A DNA stretch of 64,000 nucleotides, from assembly GCA_963730935.1 (NCBI GenBank), contig CAVSTP010000003.1:512001-576000 (forward strand), written 5' to 3'. Source of the DNA: an uncultured Nitrospiraceae bacterium. Its GTDB lineage: Bacteria > Nitrospirota > Nitrospiria > Nitrospirales > Nitrospiraceae. Position 1 is the stretch's first letter. Every line of letters starts with the position of its first letter. This document shows, piece after piece, positions 9,855 to 20,109 of this stretch. Under the pieces are notes generated by a model that saw nothing but the letters and a program-made list of their open reading frames with translations, was not told where the DNA came from and ran no database searches. A program made the translations under genes and the position numbers.

Positions 9855-9946
9855 AGGACAATGGGGTCCTGATCGACGGTACGGTCATCATGAGGACAAC
9901 GGCGTCCTTTTGGTCCAAGGTCTGGACCGGAAGGGCGTTTTTTTTT
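9855..9946 (+). promoter_or_regulatory. ANTAR-type twin-hairpin leader plus overlapping intrinsic terminator (site 1, urea uptake operon)
   Basis: AGGAC-AATGGG-GTCCT (9855-9870), AGGAC-AACGGC-GTCCT (9893-9908); 17-bp terminator stem incl. G-U pairs 9901-9939, with T9 at 9938-9946. Confidence 0.85.
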
Positions 9947-10005
9947 GTGTGAGGCCCTCCGGTGTCACAAGGTAATGGGATAGCCGAACAGGAGGGAGGT
10001 TTCTC

Positions 10006-11421
10006 ATGACGAGACAGTTCGTGCGAAGCGCCGGGCACGTGGTGTTCGGTGCGATTCTCATGTGCAGCGCCGTGCCTGTATTCGCGCAGGTCAGCGCCGA
10101 AGAAGCCGCTGGGGGCGGACAAATCATCCGCAAGGAAAAGGAAGAACCGTCTGTGGCTCACCTTTGTGCAGGATGCGTTGCCCCCATGTTTACCCAGGGA
10201 AGCAAGGGCACCCTCACTCCGTACGGACGAATCGAACTGGATGGCATCTATAGTACGAGAAATACGAACCCTCTAGATCCTCAGCAGTTCAATGGGTACG
10301 GAACGGCGGCTGGCCGCCAAGACAACAGCAGCTCCACCCTCAATCCCCGCTATAGCGTGTTCGGACTTCGCGCCGACAGAACGGACGGTCAGCACAGCCT
10401 GGCAGGCGTCGTCGAAGTGGACTTCTACGGCCAATCGGACAGCGGCAACAACCTCTTGCCCCGTCTACGTCTGGCCTATGCGAAGTATTCTCCGAACAAC
10501 AGTAAGACGACGTTCATAATCGGGCAGGATTGGAATCCCATCATGGGATTGCTGACTGACAACATCGACTTTTCGATCATGGGCTATACCGGTAACCTCT
10601 GGCAACGTATTCCGCAGATCACGGTGAGGCAGAAGTTTTCAGAAAATTTCGAAGGGCTACTTACAGTGATGCGCTTCGAGCGTGGGTTGTCGAACTGTTG
10701 CGGCAATACCCAAGCCCGACCGACTACCGGCACGGGTGGCAATGGAGGCGGACCTGGAAGTACAAACGCCTTCAGCGATCCGGTGCAAATGCCCTATTTC
10801 GGAACTCGGTTCGCCTACAGCGGGACCGGGAACATGGCGGGGACGATGATTGCCGCGAATGCCGCCTACCGGTACTACCGGTCTGCGCCATTGGTTGGTG
10901 GAGGGGCCAATCCTGCGACCTTCACGTCGGGAAAGGATATTAATTCCTACCTCCTGGGTCTGGAAGTCGTGCATCAACTGACCAAGCAGCTGAGGTTCAT
11001 GGGCGAGCTGGCGTACGGACAGGCGCTCGGGAACGAATGGTTCCGGTGGAATCAAGATCTGAACTTCATCACAGGAGCCCCGGTACGCACGATGACCTCC
11101 TGGTTCCAGCTGAGCTACGCCCATTCGAGGGACTACACGTTCCTGTTTGGGTACGGCCTCGACAATCCCAACGACAAAGATTTGAAAGGTAGCATCAACG
11201 CCTACGGCACCGCACCGGGGTCGGCCGGCTACAACTCCAGCATCCAGTACCTCTCCAACCAGCGTACCTATCTGACGGCGATTCATCCCATTTGGGCGGA
11301 TCTGATGATGGGGTTGGAGTGGCAGCATTTCTGGACCAACTGGGCCCAGCCGACCACCTACTTTTCCAAGGCGTCGAATCAGGCCGATATGTTCACACTG
11401 TCCGCCTGGTACAACTTCTAA
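10006..11421 (+). CDS. Outer-membrane porin (DcaP/FmdC-like), probable urea/amide entry porin
   Basis: Signal peptide, amphipathic beta strands (YGRIELD, VVEVDFYG, PRLRLAY), C-terminal AWYNF; first gene of the urt operon. Confidence 0.75.
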   Translation: MTRQFVRSAGHVVFGAILMCSAVPVFAQVSAEEAAGGGQIIRKEKEEPSVAHLCAGCVAPMFTQGSKGTLTPYGRIELDGIYSTRNTNPLDPQQFNGYGTAAGRQDNSSSTLNPRYSVFGLRADRTDGQHSLAGVVEVDFYGQSDSGNNLLPRLRLAYAKYSPNNSKTTFIIGQDWNPIMGLLTDNIDFSIMGYTGNLWQRIPQITVRQKFSENFEGLLTVMRFERGLSNCCGNTQARPTTGTGGNGGGPGSTNAFSDPVQMPYFGTRFAYSGTGNMAGTMIAANAAYRYYRSAPLVGGGANPATFTSGKDINSYLLGLEVVHQLTKQLRFMGELAYGQALGNEWFRWNQDLNFITGAPVRTMTSWFQLSYAHSRDYTFLFGYGLDNPNDKDLKGSINAYGTAPGSAGYNSSIQYLSNQRTYLTAIHPIWADLMMGLEWQHFWTNWAQPTTYFSKASNQADMFTLSAWYNF

Positions 11422-11457
11422 CGATGGTCTGGACGAAAGACTGCCGACCAAAGGAGA

Positions 11458-12822
11458 TTGAGCATGAGTGAGACCAAAAAAAATGATATGACGACCGCAC
11501 CGCCGCCGGCGGAGCCGGGATCTTCACGCCGGGAATTCCTCGTGCAGGGTTCAAAAACCGCAGCCAGCGTGGGCATCGCCGCGCTGCTCGGCAATCTGGG
11601 TCATTGGGCGCTGTCCTATGCCGCCGACAAGGAGCCGATCAAGGTCGGCGTCCTGCATTCGTTGAGCGGCACGATGGCGATCAGCGAAGTGTCGCTGCGC
11701 GACGTCGTCTTGATGGCCATCGATGAGATCAATGCGAAGGGCGGCATCCTGGGGCGTCAGGTCAAACCAGTCGTGGTCGATCCGGCTTCAAACTGGGATC
11801 TGTTCGCCGAAAAAGCCAAGCAACTCTTGTTGCAGGACAAGGTCGCCGTGGTCTTCGGCTGCTGGACCTCGGTGAGCCGGAAGTCGGTGCTGCCGGTCTT
11901 CGAGAAGAACAACGGTCTGTTGTTCTATCCCGTCCAGTACGAAGGGGAAGAATGTTCGCACAACGTGTTTTACACCGGCGCGGCCGTGAACCAGCAGGCG
12001 GTGCCGGCGGTTGATTACCTGATGAGTAAAGAAGGCGGAGGGTACAAGAAGTTCTATCTGCTGGGCACCGATTACGTCTATCCACGGACCACGAACAAGA
12101 TTCTCCGTGCCATGTTGCTGGCCAAAAAGGTGCCGGAGGCCAACATCATGGAAGAGTACACGCCGTTCCACCACCAGGACTATCAGACCATCGTCGGCAA
12201 GATTAAGAAGTTCTCGGCAGGCGGAGGAGCGGCCGTCATCAGTACGATTAACGGCGACAGTAACGTCCCCTTCTACAAGGAATTTGCCAACCAGGGCCTG
12301 CGCGCCGAAGATGCGCCCATTATGGCCTTTAGCGTGGCCGAAGACGAGTTGCGCGGGATGGATACGACCGCGCTGGTCGGCCATCTGGCGGCCTGGAATT
12401 ACTACCAGAGTGTCGATACGCCGCAGAACAAGAAGTTCGTGGCCGATTTCAAAGCCTATTGCAAGAAGAACAACTTGCCGGACGGCGAGAAGCGGGTCAC
12501 GGACGATCCGATCGAAGCAGCCTATTTTGGCGTCCATGTCTGGAAGCAGGCGGTGGAAAAGGCCGGGAAGACCGATGTTGATGCCGTCCGCAAGGCTGTG
12601 TATGGTCAAAAGTTCCTGGCGCCGGGCGGAGAAATCATGATGGACACCGGCAACCATCATACGCACAAGCCGGTGTTGATCGGAGAAATTCTCAAGGACG
12701 GGCAGTTCAAGACCGTCTCGCGCTCGAAAGGATTGGTCAAGCCGGAGCCCTGGAGCGAGTACACCAATCCTGACAAGGGATGTGACTGGATCAGTCATCA
12801 AGGCACGTATCAGAAAAAGTAA
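11458..12822 (+). CDS. urtA: Urea ABC transporter substrate-binding protein
   Basis: Tat-like [50 protein letters not shown] motifs. Confidence 0.95.
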   Translation: MSMSETKKNDMTTAPPPAEPGSSRREFLVQGSKTAASVGIAALLGNLGHWALSYAADKEPIKVGVLHSLSGTMAISEVSLRDVVLMAIDEINAKGGILGRQVKPVVVDPASNWDLFAEKAKQLLLQDKVAVVFGCWTSVSRKSVLPVFEKNNGLLFYPVQYEGEECSHNVFYTGAAVNQQAVPAVDYLMSKEGGGYKKFYLLGTDYVYPRTTNKILRAMLLAKKVPEANIMEEYTPFHHQDYQTIVGKIKKFSAGGGAAVISTINGDSNVPFYKEFANQGLRAEDAPIMAFSVAEDELRGMDTTALVGHLAAWNYYQSVDTPQNKKFVADFKAYCKKNNLPDGEKRVTDDPIEAAYFGVHVWKQAVEKAGKTDVDAVRKAVYGQKFLAPGGEIMMDTGNHHTHKPVLIGEILKDGQFKTVSRSKGLVKPEPWSEYTNPDKGCDWISHQGTYQKK

Positions 12823-12833
12823 GGGAAGGGGTT

Positions 12834-12987
12834 GAGAGAAGCGGGTCCTGTCATTGACCAGCCCAGCCATCCTCGCACCCCGCCCGGTGTGGGGCCCCGC
12901 TGCGGGTGCTTGGTGAAAGCCGCGTCTCGGCGCGGCAAGGGTGGGGGGGTGAGAAGGCTCCCAGGTCAATGCCACCCGCTTTCTCTC
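12834..12987. repeat. Intergenic palindromic repeat, family A, copy 1
   Basis: gagagaa-gcgggtcctg...ctcgcaccccgcccggtgtgggg...ccacccgc-tttctctc; core also found at 17.4-17.8 kb and 48.0 kb. Confidence 0.75.
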
Positions 12988-13061
12988 TTTGCAAGGGACA
13001 AGGGAGGCGGGACGAACCGATCCCTTCCCCTGTCCAAAAGTGCTTGAATTAAGCGGGTGAC

Positions 13062-14654
13062 GTGAAGAATATCCACGTCACCCGTTTGTCGTATTCAGGA
13101 GCTGCTGCGATTGTGACGCGATTGTCTCTAGGCGTGCTGTGGCTAGCCGGCGCCGTCTGGCTGGTTGCCGCTCACGGGCACGCGGCAAGCCCGCCGCCTC
13201 CTCCCTCCCTCTCGCCGCTTGAGCAGGCACTCTCACACATCACCAGCGAAGACGAAGCGGTTCGTGAGGCGGCACTGCGTGTCGTGATCGAACAAGGCGA
13301 CAGCTCGGCCATTCCGCGCCTCGAGGACATCCGCGCCACTGCCGACCGGCCCATCCGCCTGGCCATCAAACCGGTGATGGACCTGCTCAAGAACCGGGCG
13401 AAACTGGAGAGTCCTGAGGCGGATGTCCGGCGCTCGGCCGCAACGGATCTGGGAATGTTGGGAAGGCCTGTGGCCATTCCCTGGCTGGAACAGGCGGCGG
13501 GCAAAGAGACGAATAAATGGGTGCGCTATACCATGCAGGAGTCCGCGGCACTGCTGAAGCTCGCTGGTGATGATCAGGTTGCCAAGCTGGTCGCTGTGCA
13601 CACGCTGGGGGAACTGGCAAGCCAAAATGCCGTTCCGGCGTTGCAAGAAATTGTGAACGTAGGAACAGCGGAGGGCGCGAGCGAACCTCAACAATCCCTG
13701 GCCAAGGCCGCCCGTGCCTCAATTGAGCGCATCGAAACCTGGGCGGTGTGGTCGGCCGCGATCGAAACGCTGTTCCGAGGCGTCAGCCTCAGCTCGATTC
13801 TCTTGATCATGTCGGTGGGGCTCGCAATCATCTTCGGGCTCATGGGCGTGATCAATATGGCCCATGGTGAGCTGATGATGGTTGGCGCCTATGCGACCTT
13901 CATGACTCAGGAGGCCTTCAGGGCGTTTTTGCCTCCCACCATGTTCGATTATTATTTTGCCGTGGCGATGCCCATGGCCTTCCTTGTTGCAGCCGGCTGC
14001 GGCATGTTGCTCGAGGTGACCGTCATTCGCTTCCTCTATGGCAGGCCGCTGGAAACGATGCTGGCGACCTGGGGCATCAGTCTCGTGCTCATGCAGGCCG
14101 CCAGGGTGTACTTCGGCGATTTGACCGCCGTGACTGCGCCGGCTTGGCTCAGTGGCGGGCTTCAAGTAATGGTCGGGGTCTATCTGCCCAACAACCGGCT
14201 GTTCATCATTCTACTGTCCGTGATCTGCGTCCTGACGATCTATGCCATCTTGTTTCGCTCGGGTCTTGGTCTGCGCGTCCGCGCGGTCACCCAGAACCGG
14301 AACATGAGCGCCTGTCTCGGCATTCCTACGAGAAAAGTCGACGCGTACACGTTTGCATTCGGCTCCGGTCTGGCCGGCATCGCCGGATGGGCCCTGACGC
14401 TGATCGGCAACGTCGATCCGGGACTGGGCCAGAATTACATCGTTGATTCGTTCATGGTGGTGGTGACGGGCGGGGTGGGCAAACTGGCCGGGACGATTGT
14501 CGCCTCACTGGGCATCGGGGGCCTCAATAAGCTGCTCGAGCCGAGCCTCGGCGCCGTCTACGGCAAGGTCTGCATTCTCGTGCTGGTCATTCTCTTTCTT
14601 CAATGGCGCCCGTCCGGATTATTTGCGATCAAAGGACGCCATGCAGATTCGTGA
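13062..14654 (+). CDS. urtB: Urea ABC transporter permease UrtB with N-terminal HEAT-repeat-like domain
   Basis: GLAIIFGLMGVINMAHGELMMVGAY, LYGRPLETMLATWGISL, GQNYIVDSFMVVV. Confidence 0.93.
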   Translation: MKNIHVTRLSYSGAAAIVTRLSLGVLWLAGAVWLVAAHGHAASPPPPPSLSPLEQALSHITSEDEAVREAALRVVIEQGDSSAIPRLEDIRATADRPIRLAIKPVMDLLKNRAKLESPEADVRRSAATDLGMLGRPVAIPWLEQAAGKETNKWVRYTMQESAALLKLAGDDQVAKLVAVHTLGELASQNAVPALQEIVNVGTAEGASEPQQSLAKAARASIERIETWAVWSAAIETLFRGVSLSSILLIMSVGLAIIFGLMGVINMAHGELMMVGAYATFMTQEAFRAFLPPTMFDYYFAVAMPMAFLVAAGCGMLLEVTVIRFLYGRPLETMLATWGISLVLMQAARVYFGDLTAVTAPAWLSGGLQVMVGVYLPNNRLFIILLSVICVLTIYAILFRSGLGLRVRAVTQNRNMSACLGIPTRKVDAYTFAFGSGLAGIAGWALTLIGNVDPGLGQNYIVDSFMVVVTGGVGKLAGTIVASLGIGGLNKLLEPSLGAVYGKVCILVLVILFLQWRPSGLFAIKGRHADS

Positions 14655-14777
14655 GGGGCACTGAAAATGGTTTTACACGGCGTTCTCGGTCGCGCGCGCG
14701 CCTCGACATGCCAGGCACCGTATGCCTCGGCGCTCGAGTTCCCTGCGGCCTTGTGTAAAAACCATTTTGAGTGTCCC
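14655..14777. repeat. MITE/REP-like element, family B, copy 1 (between urtB and urtC)
   Basis: Terminal inverted repeats gggcactgaaaatggttttacac / gtgtaaaaaccattttgagtgtccc; internal cgttctcg...ctcgacat...ctgcggcctt shared with the 57.9 kb copy. Confidence 0.7.
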
Positions 14778-14799
14778 AGACTGTGTCAACGGGGTACGC

Positions 14800-15936
14800 A
14801 TGTCTGACCACGAATCACTCAGGCAAACCCGCGACATCGGTGTGGGCTTCTGGATCACCGGCTGTGTGCTCCTGGTGCTCATGCCGCTGTTGAACGTGTT
14901 GCCGGCCGAAGATTCCTGGCTCCACCTGTCGGATTTTTCGCTCAATCGCTTCGGGAAATTTCTCGCGTTCGCCATCCTGGCGCTCGGCTTGGATCTGATC
15001 TGGGGGTACACCGGCGTGCTCAGTCTTGGGCAGGGGGTGTTTTTCGGTCTTGGCGCCTACTGCATGGGCATGCATATGATGCTGACGATCGGAAAAGAGA
15101 GCGTGTACGGCAGTGACCTGCCGGACTTTATGGTCTGGAACCAGGTCAAGGAATTGCCGTTGTTTTGGAAGCCGTTCTACAGTTTCTCTGCCGCCGTCCT
15201 CGGCGCCATCTTGGTGCCGACGCTTTTTGCACTGGTCTTTGGGTTTCTGGCGTTTCGAAGCCGCATCAAAGGGGTCTACTTCGCGATCATCACCCAGGCC
15301 CTCGCGCTAGTGGCCTGGCTGGTGTTCAACCGCAATGAGACAAATTTAGGCGGAACGAACGGCCTGACCGATTTCAAACAACTGCTCGGATTCCGGCTCT
15401 CCGACGCCGGCACGCAGCGCGCCCTCTACGTGCTGACCGTCATCTGCCTCGGCGGCGCCTATTTTCTCTGCCGGTGGATCACACGATCACGGGCAGGGCG
15501 GGTGCTGATCGCCGTACGCGACAGCGAACCTCGCGTCGTGTTTTCCGGATACACGCCGGCCAACTACAAGCTTTTCGTCTTCGTCGTCGCTGCGGCCCTG
15601 GCGGGTCTGGCCGGCATGCTCTATGTACCGCAAGTCGGAATTATTACGCCCGCACAAATCGGGGTCTTGCCCTCGTTGGAAATGGTCATCTGGGTGGCCG
15701 TGGGCGGCCGCGGGACACTCGCAGGAGCTGTGTTGGGGGCCGTCAGTGTCAATTTAGGCCGTAGTGTGCTTACCAATTACTTCCCAGAGCTTTGGCCATT
15801 CATCCTGGGTGGACTGTTTGTGGTCGTGGTTTTGCTTTTTCCTGACGGACTGATCGGGATCATGCGCCAGGCGAGGGAGCGGATCGGACAGCTCAAGGCC
15901 AAGGCCACCGCGCTTCCGGAAGAGGAACTCGGATGA
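14800..15936 (+). CDS. urtC: Urea ABC transporter permease UrtC
   Basis: LGLDLIWGYTGVLSLGQGVFF, FRSRIKGVYFAIITQA, GGTNGLTDFK, VAVGGRGTL. Confidence 0.94.
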   Translation: MSDHESLRQTRDIGVGFWITGCVLLVLMPLLNVLPAEDSWLHLSDFSLNRFGKFLAFAILALGLDLIWGYTGVLSLGQGVFFGLGAYCMGMHMMLTIGKESVYGSDLPDFMVWNQVKELPLFWKPFYSFSAAVLGAILVPTLFALVFGFLAFRSRIKGVYFAIITQALALVAWLVFNRNETNLGGTNGLTDFKQLLGFRLSDAGTQRALYVLTVICLGGAYFLCRWITRSRAGRVLIAVRDSEPRVVFSGYTPANYKLFVFVVAAALAGLAGMLYVPQVGIITPAQIGVLPSLEMVIWVAVGGRGTLAGAVLGAVSVNLGRSVLTNYFPELWPFILGGLFVVVVLLFPDGLIGIMRQARERIGQLKAKATALPEEELG

Positions 15937-16700
15937 GCGAGCGCGGTTCCATCATCTATCTGGAAGGCGTGGTTGTCGATTACGACGGCTTCAAGGCGCT
16001 GAATAATCTCAACTTCATCGTCGACTACAACGAGCTCCGGGTCGTGATCGGTCCGAATGGAGCCGGCAAGACGACACTGCTTGATGTCATCTGCGGAAAG
16101 ACGAAACCGGCGGCGGGCCGGGTCATCTTCGGCAAGGATCAGGAGCTCATCGGCAAGCGCGAAGATGAAATCGTCAAGCTCGGCATCGGCCGAAAATTTC
16201 AGGCACCTTCGATCTATGCGAATCTGACGGTATGGGAAAATCTCGATCTCTCGCTCAAACGTCCGAGCAAGGGCGTATTTTCGACGCTTCTCGGGGCGTC
16301 GACGGCGGAGGAACGGGAGAAGATCAGCGGGACATTGACGACCATCGGCCTCAAAGACTTCGCCCATGTCAGAGCCGGCTCGCTGTCGCATGGGCAAAAG
16401 CAGTGGCTCGAAATCGGCATGGTGATTTTGCAGGACCCCTCCCTGTTGCTGGTCGATGAGCCGGTCGCGGGGATGACCGACAAGGAAACCGAGCAAACAG
16501 GTCGGCTGCTGCAGTCGTTGGCGGAGAAGCATGCGATTGTAGTGATCGAGCACGACATGGAGTTCGTTCGGCAGATCGCGCGCATGGTCACGGTGCTGCA
16601 CGAGGGCACCGTCATCTGTGAGGGGACGGTGGACAAGGTCCAGTCCGATGAGCGGGTGAGAGAGATTTATCTGGGCCGCCAGAAGGTTGCCCATAGCTGA
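15933..16700 (+). CDS. urtD: Urea ABC transporter ATPase UrtD
   Basis: GPNGAGKTT, GIGRKFQAPS, LSHGQKQWLEIGM. Confidence 0.95.
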   Translation: MSERGSIIYLEGVVVDYDGFKALNNLNFIVDYNELRVVIGPNGAGKTTLLDVICGKTKPAAGRVIFGKDQELIGKREDEIVKLGIGRKFQAPSIYANLTVWENLDLSLKRPSKGVFSTLLGASTAEEREKISGTLTTIGLKDFAHVRAGSLSHGQKQWLEIGMVILQDPSLLLVDEPVAGMTDKETEQTGRLLQSLAEKHAIVVIEHDMEFVRQIARMVTVLHEGTVICEGTVDKVQSDERVREIYLGRQKVAHS

Positions 16701-16712
16701 GGTTGGGATCCG

Positions 16713-17423
16713 GTGCTGGAACTCAAGAACATCAACGCCTATTACGGCGAAAGCCATATTCTCCGGGACGTCTCTTTTACGGTTTCTGCGGGAGAAGTTG
16801 TCTGCCTGATGGGCCGGAACGGCGTCGGAAAAACCACGACGCTCAAAGTCATCACCGGGCTTCTGCCGGCCCGTTCAGGTGACATGCGGTTCGATGGAAG
16901 CACTGTCATGAAGCTGTCCACCGACCGCAGAGCGCGGCGTGGGCTGGCGATCGTGCCCCAGGGCCGCGAAATCATCCCACATTTGACCGTGCGCGAAAAT
17001 TTACAGTTGGGATTTTGGGCGAGATCCGACTCGCCCAACGGGGCCACTGAGAAGGCGGCCTTCGATGAGGTCTATCAGTTGTTTCCGAAACTGACCCAGA
17101 TCCTGCATCGCCCCGGCGGTGTGTTGAGCGGCGGAGAGCAGCAGCAGTTGGCCATCGGGCGGGCGCTGTTGTCGAATCCCAAGTTGCTTCTGCTCGATGA
17201 ACCGACGGAAGGAATCCAGCCCTCGATCGTGGACCAGATCGAAGACGTAATCATCGGCTTCAAACAATCACGACGGTTTGCGATTCTGCTCGTCGAACAG
17301 GGGCTCCACTTTGCCGCGCGATTGGCAGAGAAGTATGTGGTGATGGCCAAAGGGGCGGTGGTGGTGGCGGGCAGGAGTGATGAGTTGAGCGCGGACATGG
17401 TGCGGCAGCATCTCACAGTGTGA
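16713..17423 (+). CDS. urtE: Urea ABC transporter ATPase UrtE
   Basis: GRNGVGKTT, VPQGREI, LSGGEQQQLAI, DEPTEGIQPS. Confidence 0.95.
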   Translation: MLELKNINAYYGESHILRDVSFTVSAGEVVCLMGRNGVGKTTTLKVITGLLPARSGDMRFDGSTVMKLSTDRRARRGLAIVPQGREIIPHLTVRENLQLGFWARSDSPNGATEKAAFDEVYQLFPKLTQILHRPGGVLSGGEQQQLAIGRALLSNPKLLLLDEPTEGIQPSIVDQIEDVIIGFKQSRRFAILLVEQGLHFAARLAEKYVVMAKGAVVVAGRSDELSADMVRQHLTV

Positions 17424-17431
17424 TTAAGCGA

Positions 17432-17807
17432 CGGGTCCTGTCACCGATCAAGCCCGTCTGTGCTCGCACCCCGCCCGGTGTAGGGACCCCGCTCCGCGCA
17501 GACGGGCGCCCAGATCGGTGCCACCCGCCTTACTCGAAGGGTTGCGTGATTCGCGAGGCTGTCGAGACAGCATCCTAACCCGCCTCTGAGGAAGAGGAAA
17601 AAAGAAGATGCAGACCGCCCGGTCCTGCCGTCGAGCCCGCCCGTCCTCGCACCCCGCCCGGTGTAGGAACCCCGTCCCGCGCAGACGGGCGCCCCGGATC
17701 GTTGCCACCTGCCTTACTCGAAGGGTTTCGCGATTCGCAATCCTGGCAGGACATCACCTTGCCCGCTTGTGATCAGGGGAAAAGATAGAAGGTGATCGCC
17801 GCCTCCT
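17432..17807. repeat. Tandem duplication (period ~183 bp) of a family A repeat unit
   Basis: ctcgcaccccgcccggtgtagg at 17463 and 17646; gcgcagacgggcgccc and gccttactcgaagggtt repeated in both units. Confidence 0.85.
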
Positions 17808-17919
17808 GTTAGTTTTGACAGTATCGAGTCCGGGTGAATCCACGTAGAGTCCTCCCCAGCGATTTGCCAATATTTAACTTCAGAGTCGGAGCGACACCGG
17901 CTCTTTGAGAAAGGGAGCG

Positions 17920-18498
17920 ATGATCATGAAAAGCCATGTTTCTCGTAGCCTGCGCAGTATCGCCATGCTTGCATGCTCAATAGTACTCTTCACTGGATGG
18001 TTGTCCGGCTCTGCCTCAGCGGCCTCGGCGAAGGAACTTGACGCAGGTACGGACGACGCCATCGAGAAATTCGAAAAAGAGGTCAAAGGCGGCAAGAGTT
18101 TCCTTGAAAGCAGCAAAGGCATGCTCGTGTTCCCAAGAGTGCTCAAGGGAGGCGCTGGCTTCGGAGGCGAGTACGGAGAGGGGGCATTCCGGGTCAAGGG
18201 CAAAACGGTGGACTACTACAGCATGTTGCAGGGTTCATTCGGACTTCAGCTCGGAGGGGAAATCAAGACCGTCTACCTCGTATTTCTGGATGAGGGAGCC
18301 ATGAATCGGTTTCGGGAAGGAGAAGGCTGGAAGGCCGGAGTTGACGGCTCGGTCTCTCTGGTCACCCTGGGAGCTGGGGGCACGATCGATACAAACAACA
18401 TGAAAGACCCGATCGTCGCATTCGTCCTGGGCCAGAAAGGACTGATGTACAACCTCTCGCTGGAAGGGACGAAATTCACAAAAGAGCATAAGAAATAA
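17920..18498 (+). CDS. Secreted YSC84/SYLF-related domain protein
   Basis: Signal peptide; LVFPRVLKGGAGFGGEYGEG, GSFGLQLGGE, QKGLMYNLSLEGTKF. Confidence 0.8.
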   Translation: MIMKSHVSRSLRSIAMLACSIVLFTGWLSGSASAASAKELDAGTDDAIEKFEKEVKGGKSFLESSKGMLVFPRVLKGGAGFGGEYGEGAFRVKGKTVDYYSMLQGSFGLQLGGEIKTVYLVFLDEGAMNRFREGEGWKAGVDGSVSLVTLGAGGTIDTNNMKDPIVAFVLGQKGLMYNLSLEGTKFTKEHKK

Positions 18499-18600
18499 GT
18501 GTGTGGTCTGAGCTTTTTGTTGGTGCGTAAGGCTGCAGCTTCTCCACCTGCGGCCTGAGAATTTCTTGCCCGTTTCAGCGGAGTAGGGTAAGAAACAGCC

Positions 18601-19893
18601 GTGTCCTATGGCCGCTCGACGATCTGCGCCGCAAGTTGCTGCTTTACGCTATTCGTGACTTGCATTCTCGCCTTAGGGTCCCTCCTTGCCGACGCATCGG
18701 CCGAGGACACACCTGGCCCGGTTGCTCAAAGGCTCGAACACGTTTCACTCAGGTTCAAAGAGGCTGAAAAGGCGGTCGAGAAGCGGTTGCTCTCGGAACG
18801 GTTCGGTTTGCACTTCTATGGGTATTTCGAAGGCTCGTATACCCAGAACTTCAACAACCCTTCCAATCGTATCAATGAATTGCGGATCTTCGATGTGAAT
18901 TCCAACCAGTTTCGACCGAATCTCGCTCAATTTGTTCTGGGAAGAGAGGCAAAATCCGATGGTAATTGGACCGACCGCCTGGGATTCAAGGTGAAGTTCA
19001 ACGCCGGCCGCGACTCAGACTTCATTGGCGGCGTGAATCTCAGCACCTGGGCGGATTTCCAGGAATTCTACGTGCAGTATCTCGCTCCTGTGGGTCGAGG
19101 ACTCAACATCCAGGCCGGACAAATCAACAGCGTGGTCGGCTATGAGGTCGTAGAAAGCCCATACAATGCGAATTACTCCCGATCGTGGCTCTTTGGTCTA
19201 GGGCAACCATTCACCACCCGCGGCGTCCGCGCCTCGTATGTATTCACCAAGCAGGTGTCCTTGTCGGTTGGGGCGATCGCATATATCAACTCGGCAAGAG
19301 CGGACAGTAATTATAATCCACTCGTTGAATACGCGCTGGCTGTCTCACCGACCGACAAGGTGAAACTGACATTCTATGGATTGGCCGGACCAAGGGACGG
19401 TCCTTCCGGCACACCTGGAGGCATGCTGGTGTTGGCCGGAGGATACCTCAGTCTTCACCTGAGCGATCGCACGTCGGCGGTCATCGAGTCCTATTATGCC
19501 AATCAAGCCAACAGCAGCACGATCAGCCCCGGTAGGAACGCACGTTGGGACGGTGTGGCCGCCTATTTGATCCAGGACATCACCAAGGAATGGGGTGTCC
19601 GTCTGCGTGGAGAAATCTTCGAAGATGCTAGCGGGATGGTCACGTGCCAAGGCACGACCGAGTACCAACCAAGAGCCAACGTCTGCTTCGGAGCTACGTC
19701 TTCGGCTTCGGCTCCGCCGGTCGCGCAGACCTTGTGGGAGTTCACCGGCACGGTTCAATACAAGCCATTTGCATCACTGATGACCCGTCTTGAATACCGC
19801 TACGACAAATCCAATCAGAACGTCTTCCAGGTCGGAGGCAGGGCGACCAGCTATCAACCGACGCTGTCTCTCGATGTGATCTATCTGTTCTGA
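18601..19893 (+). CDS. Outer-membrane beta-barrel porin (BBP2/DUF1597-like)
   Basis: Signal peptide; GYEVVESPYNANYSRSWLF, QPFTTRGVR, RLEYRYD; C-terminal DVIYLF. Confidence 0.75.
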   Translation: MSYGRSTICAASCCFTLFVTCILALGSLLADASAEDTPGPVAQRLEHVSLRFKEAEKAVEKRLLSERFGLHFYGYFEGSYTQNFNNPSNRINELRIFDVNSNQFRPNLAQFVLGREAKSDGNWTDRLGFKVKFNAGRDSDFIGGVNLSTWADFQEFYVQYLAPVGRGLNIQAGQINSVVGYEVVESPYNANYSRSWLFGLGQPFTTRGVRASYVFTKQVSLSVGAIAYINSARADSNYNPLVEYALAVSPTDKVKLTFYGLAGPRDGPSGTPGGMLVLAGGYLSLHLSDRTSAVIESYYANQANSSTISPGRNARWDGVAAYLIQDITKEWGVRLRGEIFEDASGMVTCQGTTEYQPRANVCFGATSSASAPPVAQTLWEFTGTVQYKPFASLMTRLEYRYDKSNQNVFQVGGRATSYQPTLSLDVIYLF

Positions 19894-20109
19894 TTCGTCT
19901 CGGTGCCGTTAAGATGTTCCTCCGGTAACTTGGTATCAGCCAGAGTGACAGGAGTCAGGGGACACGAATCGTTCGCGGCCAAGCGCGCCAACCAGCTGCG
20001 AAAAGTATGGAAATAGGGCAATCGTACCGTGCGATGTTTGCGAAAGCAGCGAGCTAGATGGGGAGCGGTCTTTCCTCGATGCCCTGCTTACTGGCAACGA
20101 GGAGAGAAG

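Noticed and set aside
12994..13035. ggacaaggga hairpin before urtB as another ANTAR site
   Set aside because: GAC-N6 is not closed by GTC, there is no partner hairpin and no U-tract
17432..17807. Possible CRISPR array
   Set aside because: Only two long degenerate units, no unique spacers between short repeats, no cas genes
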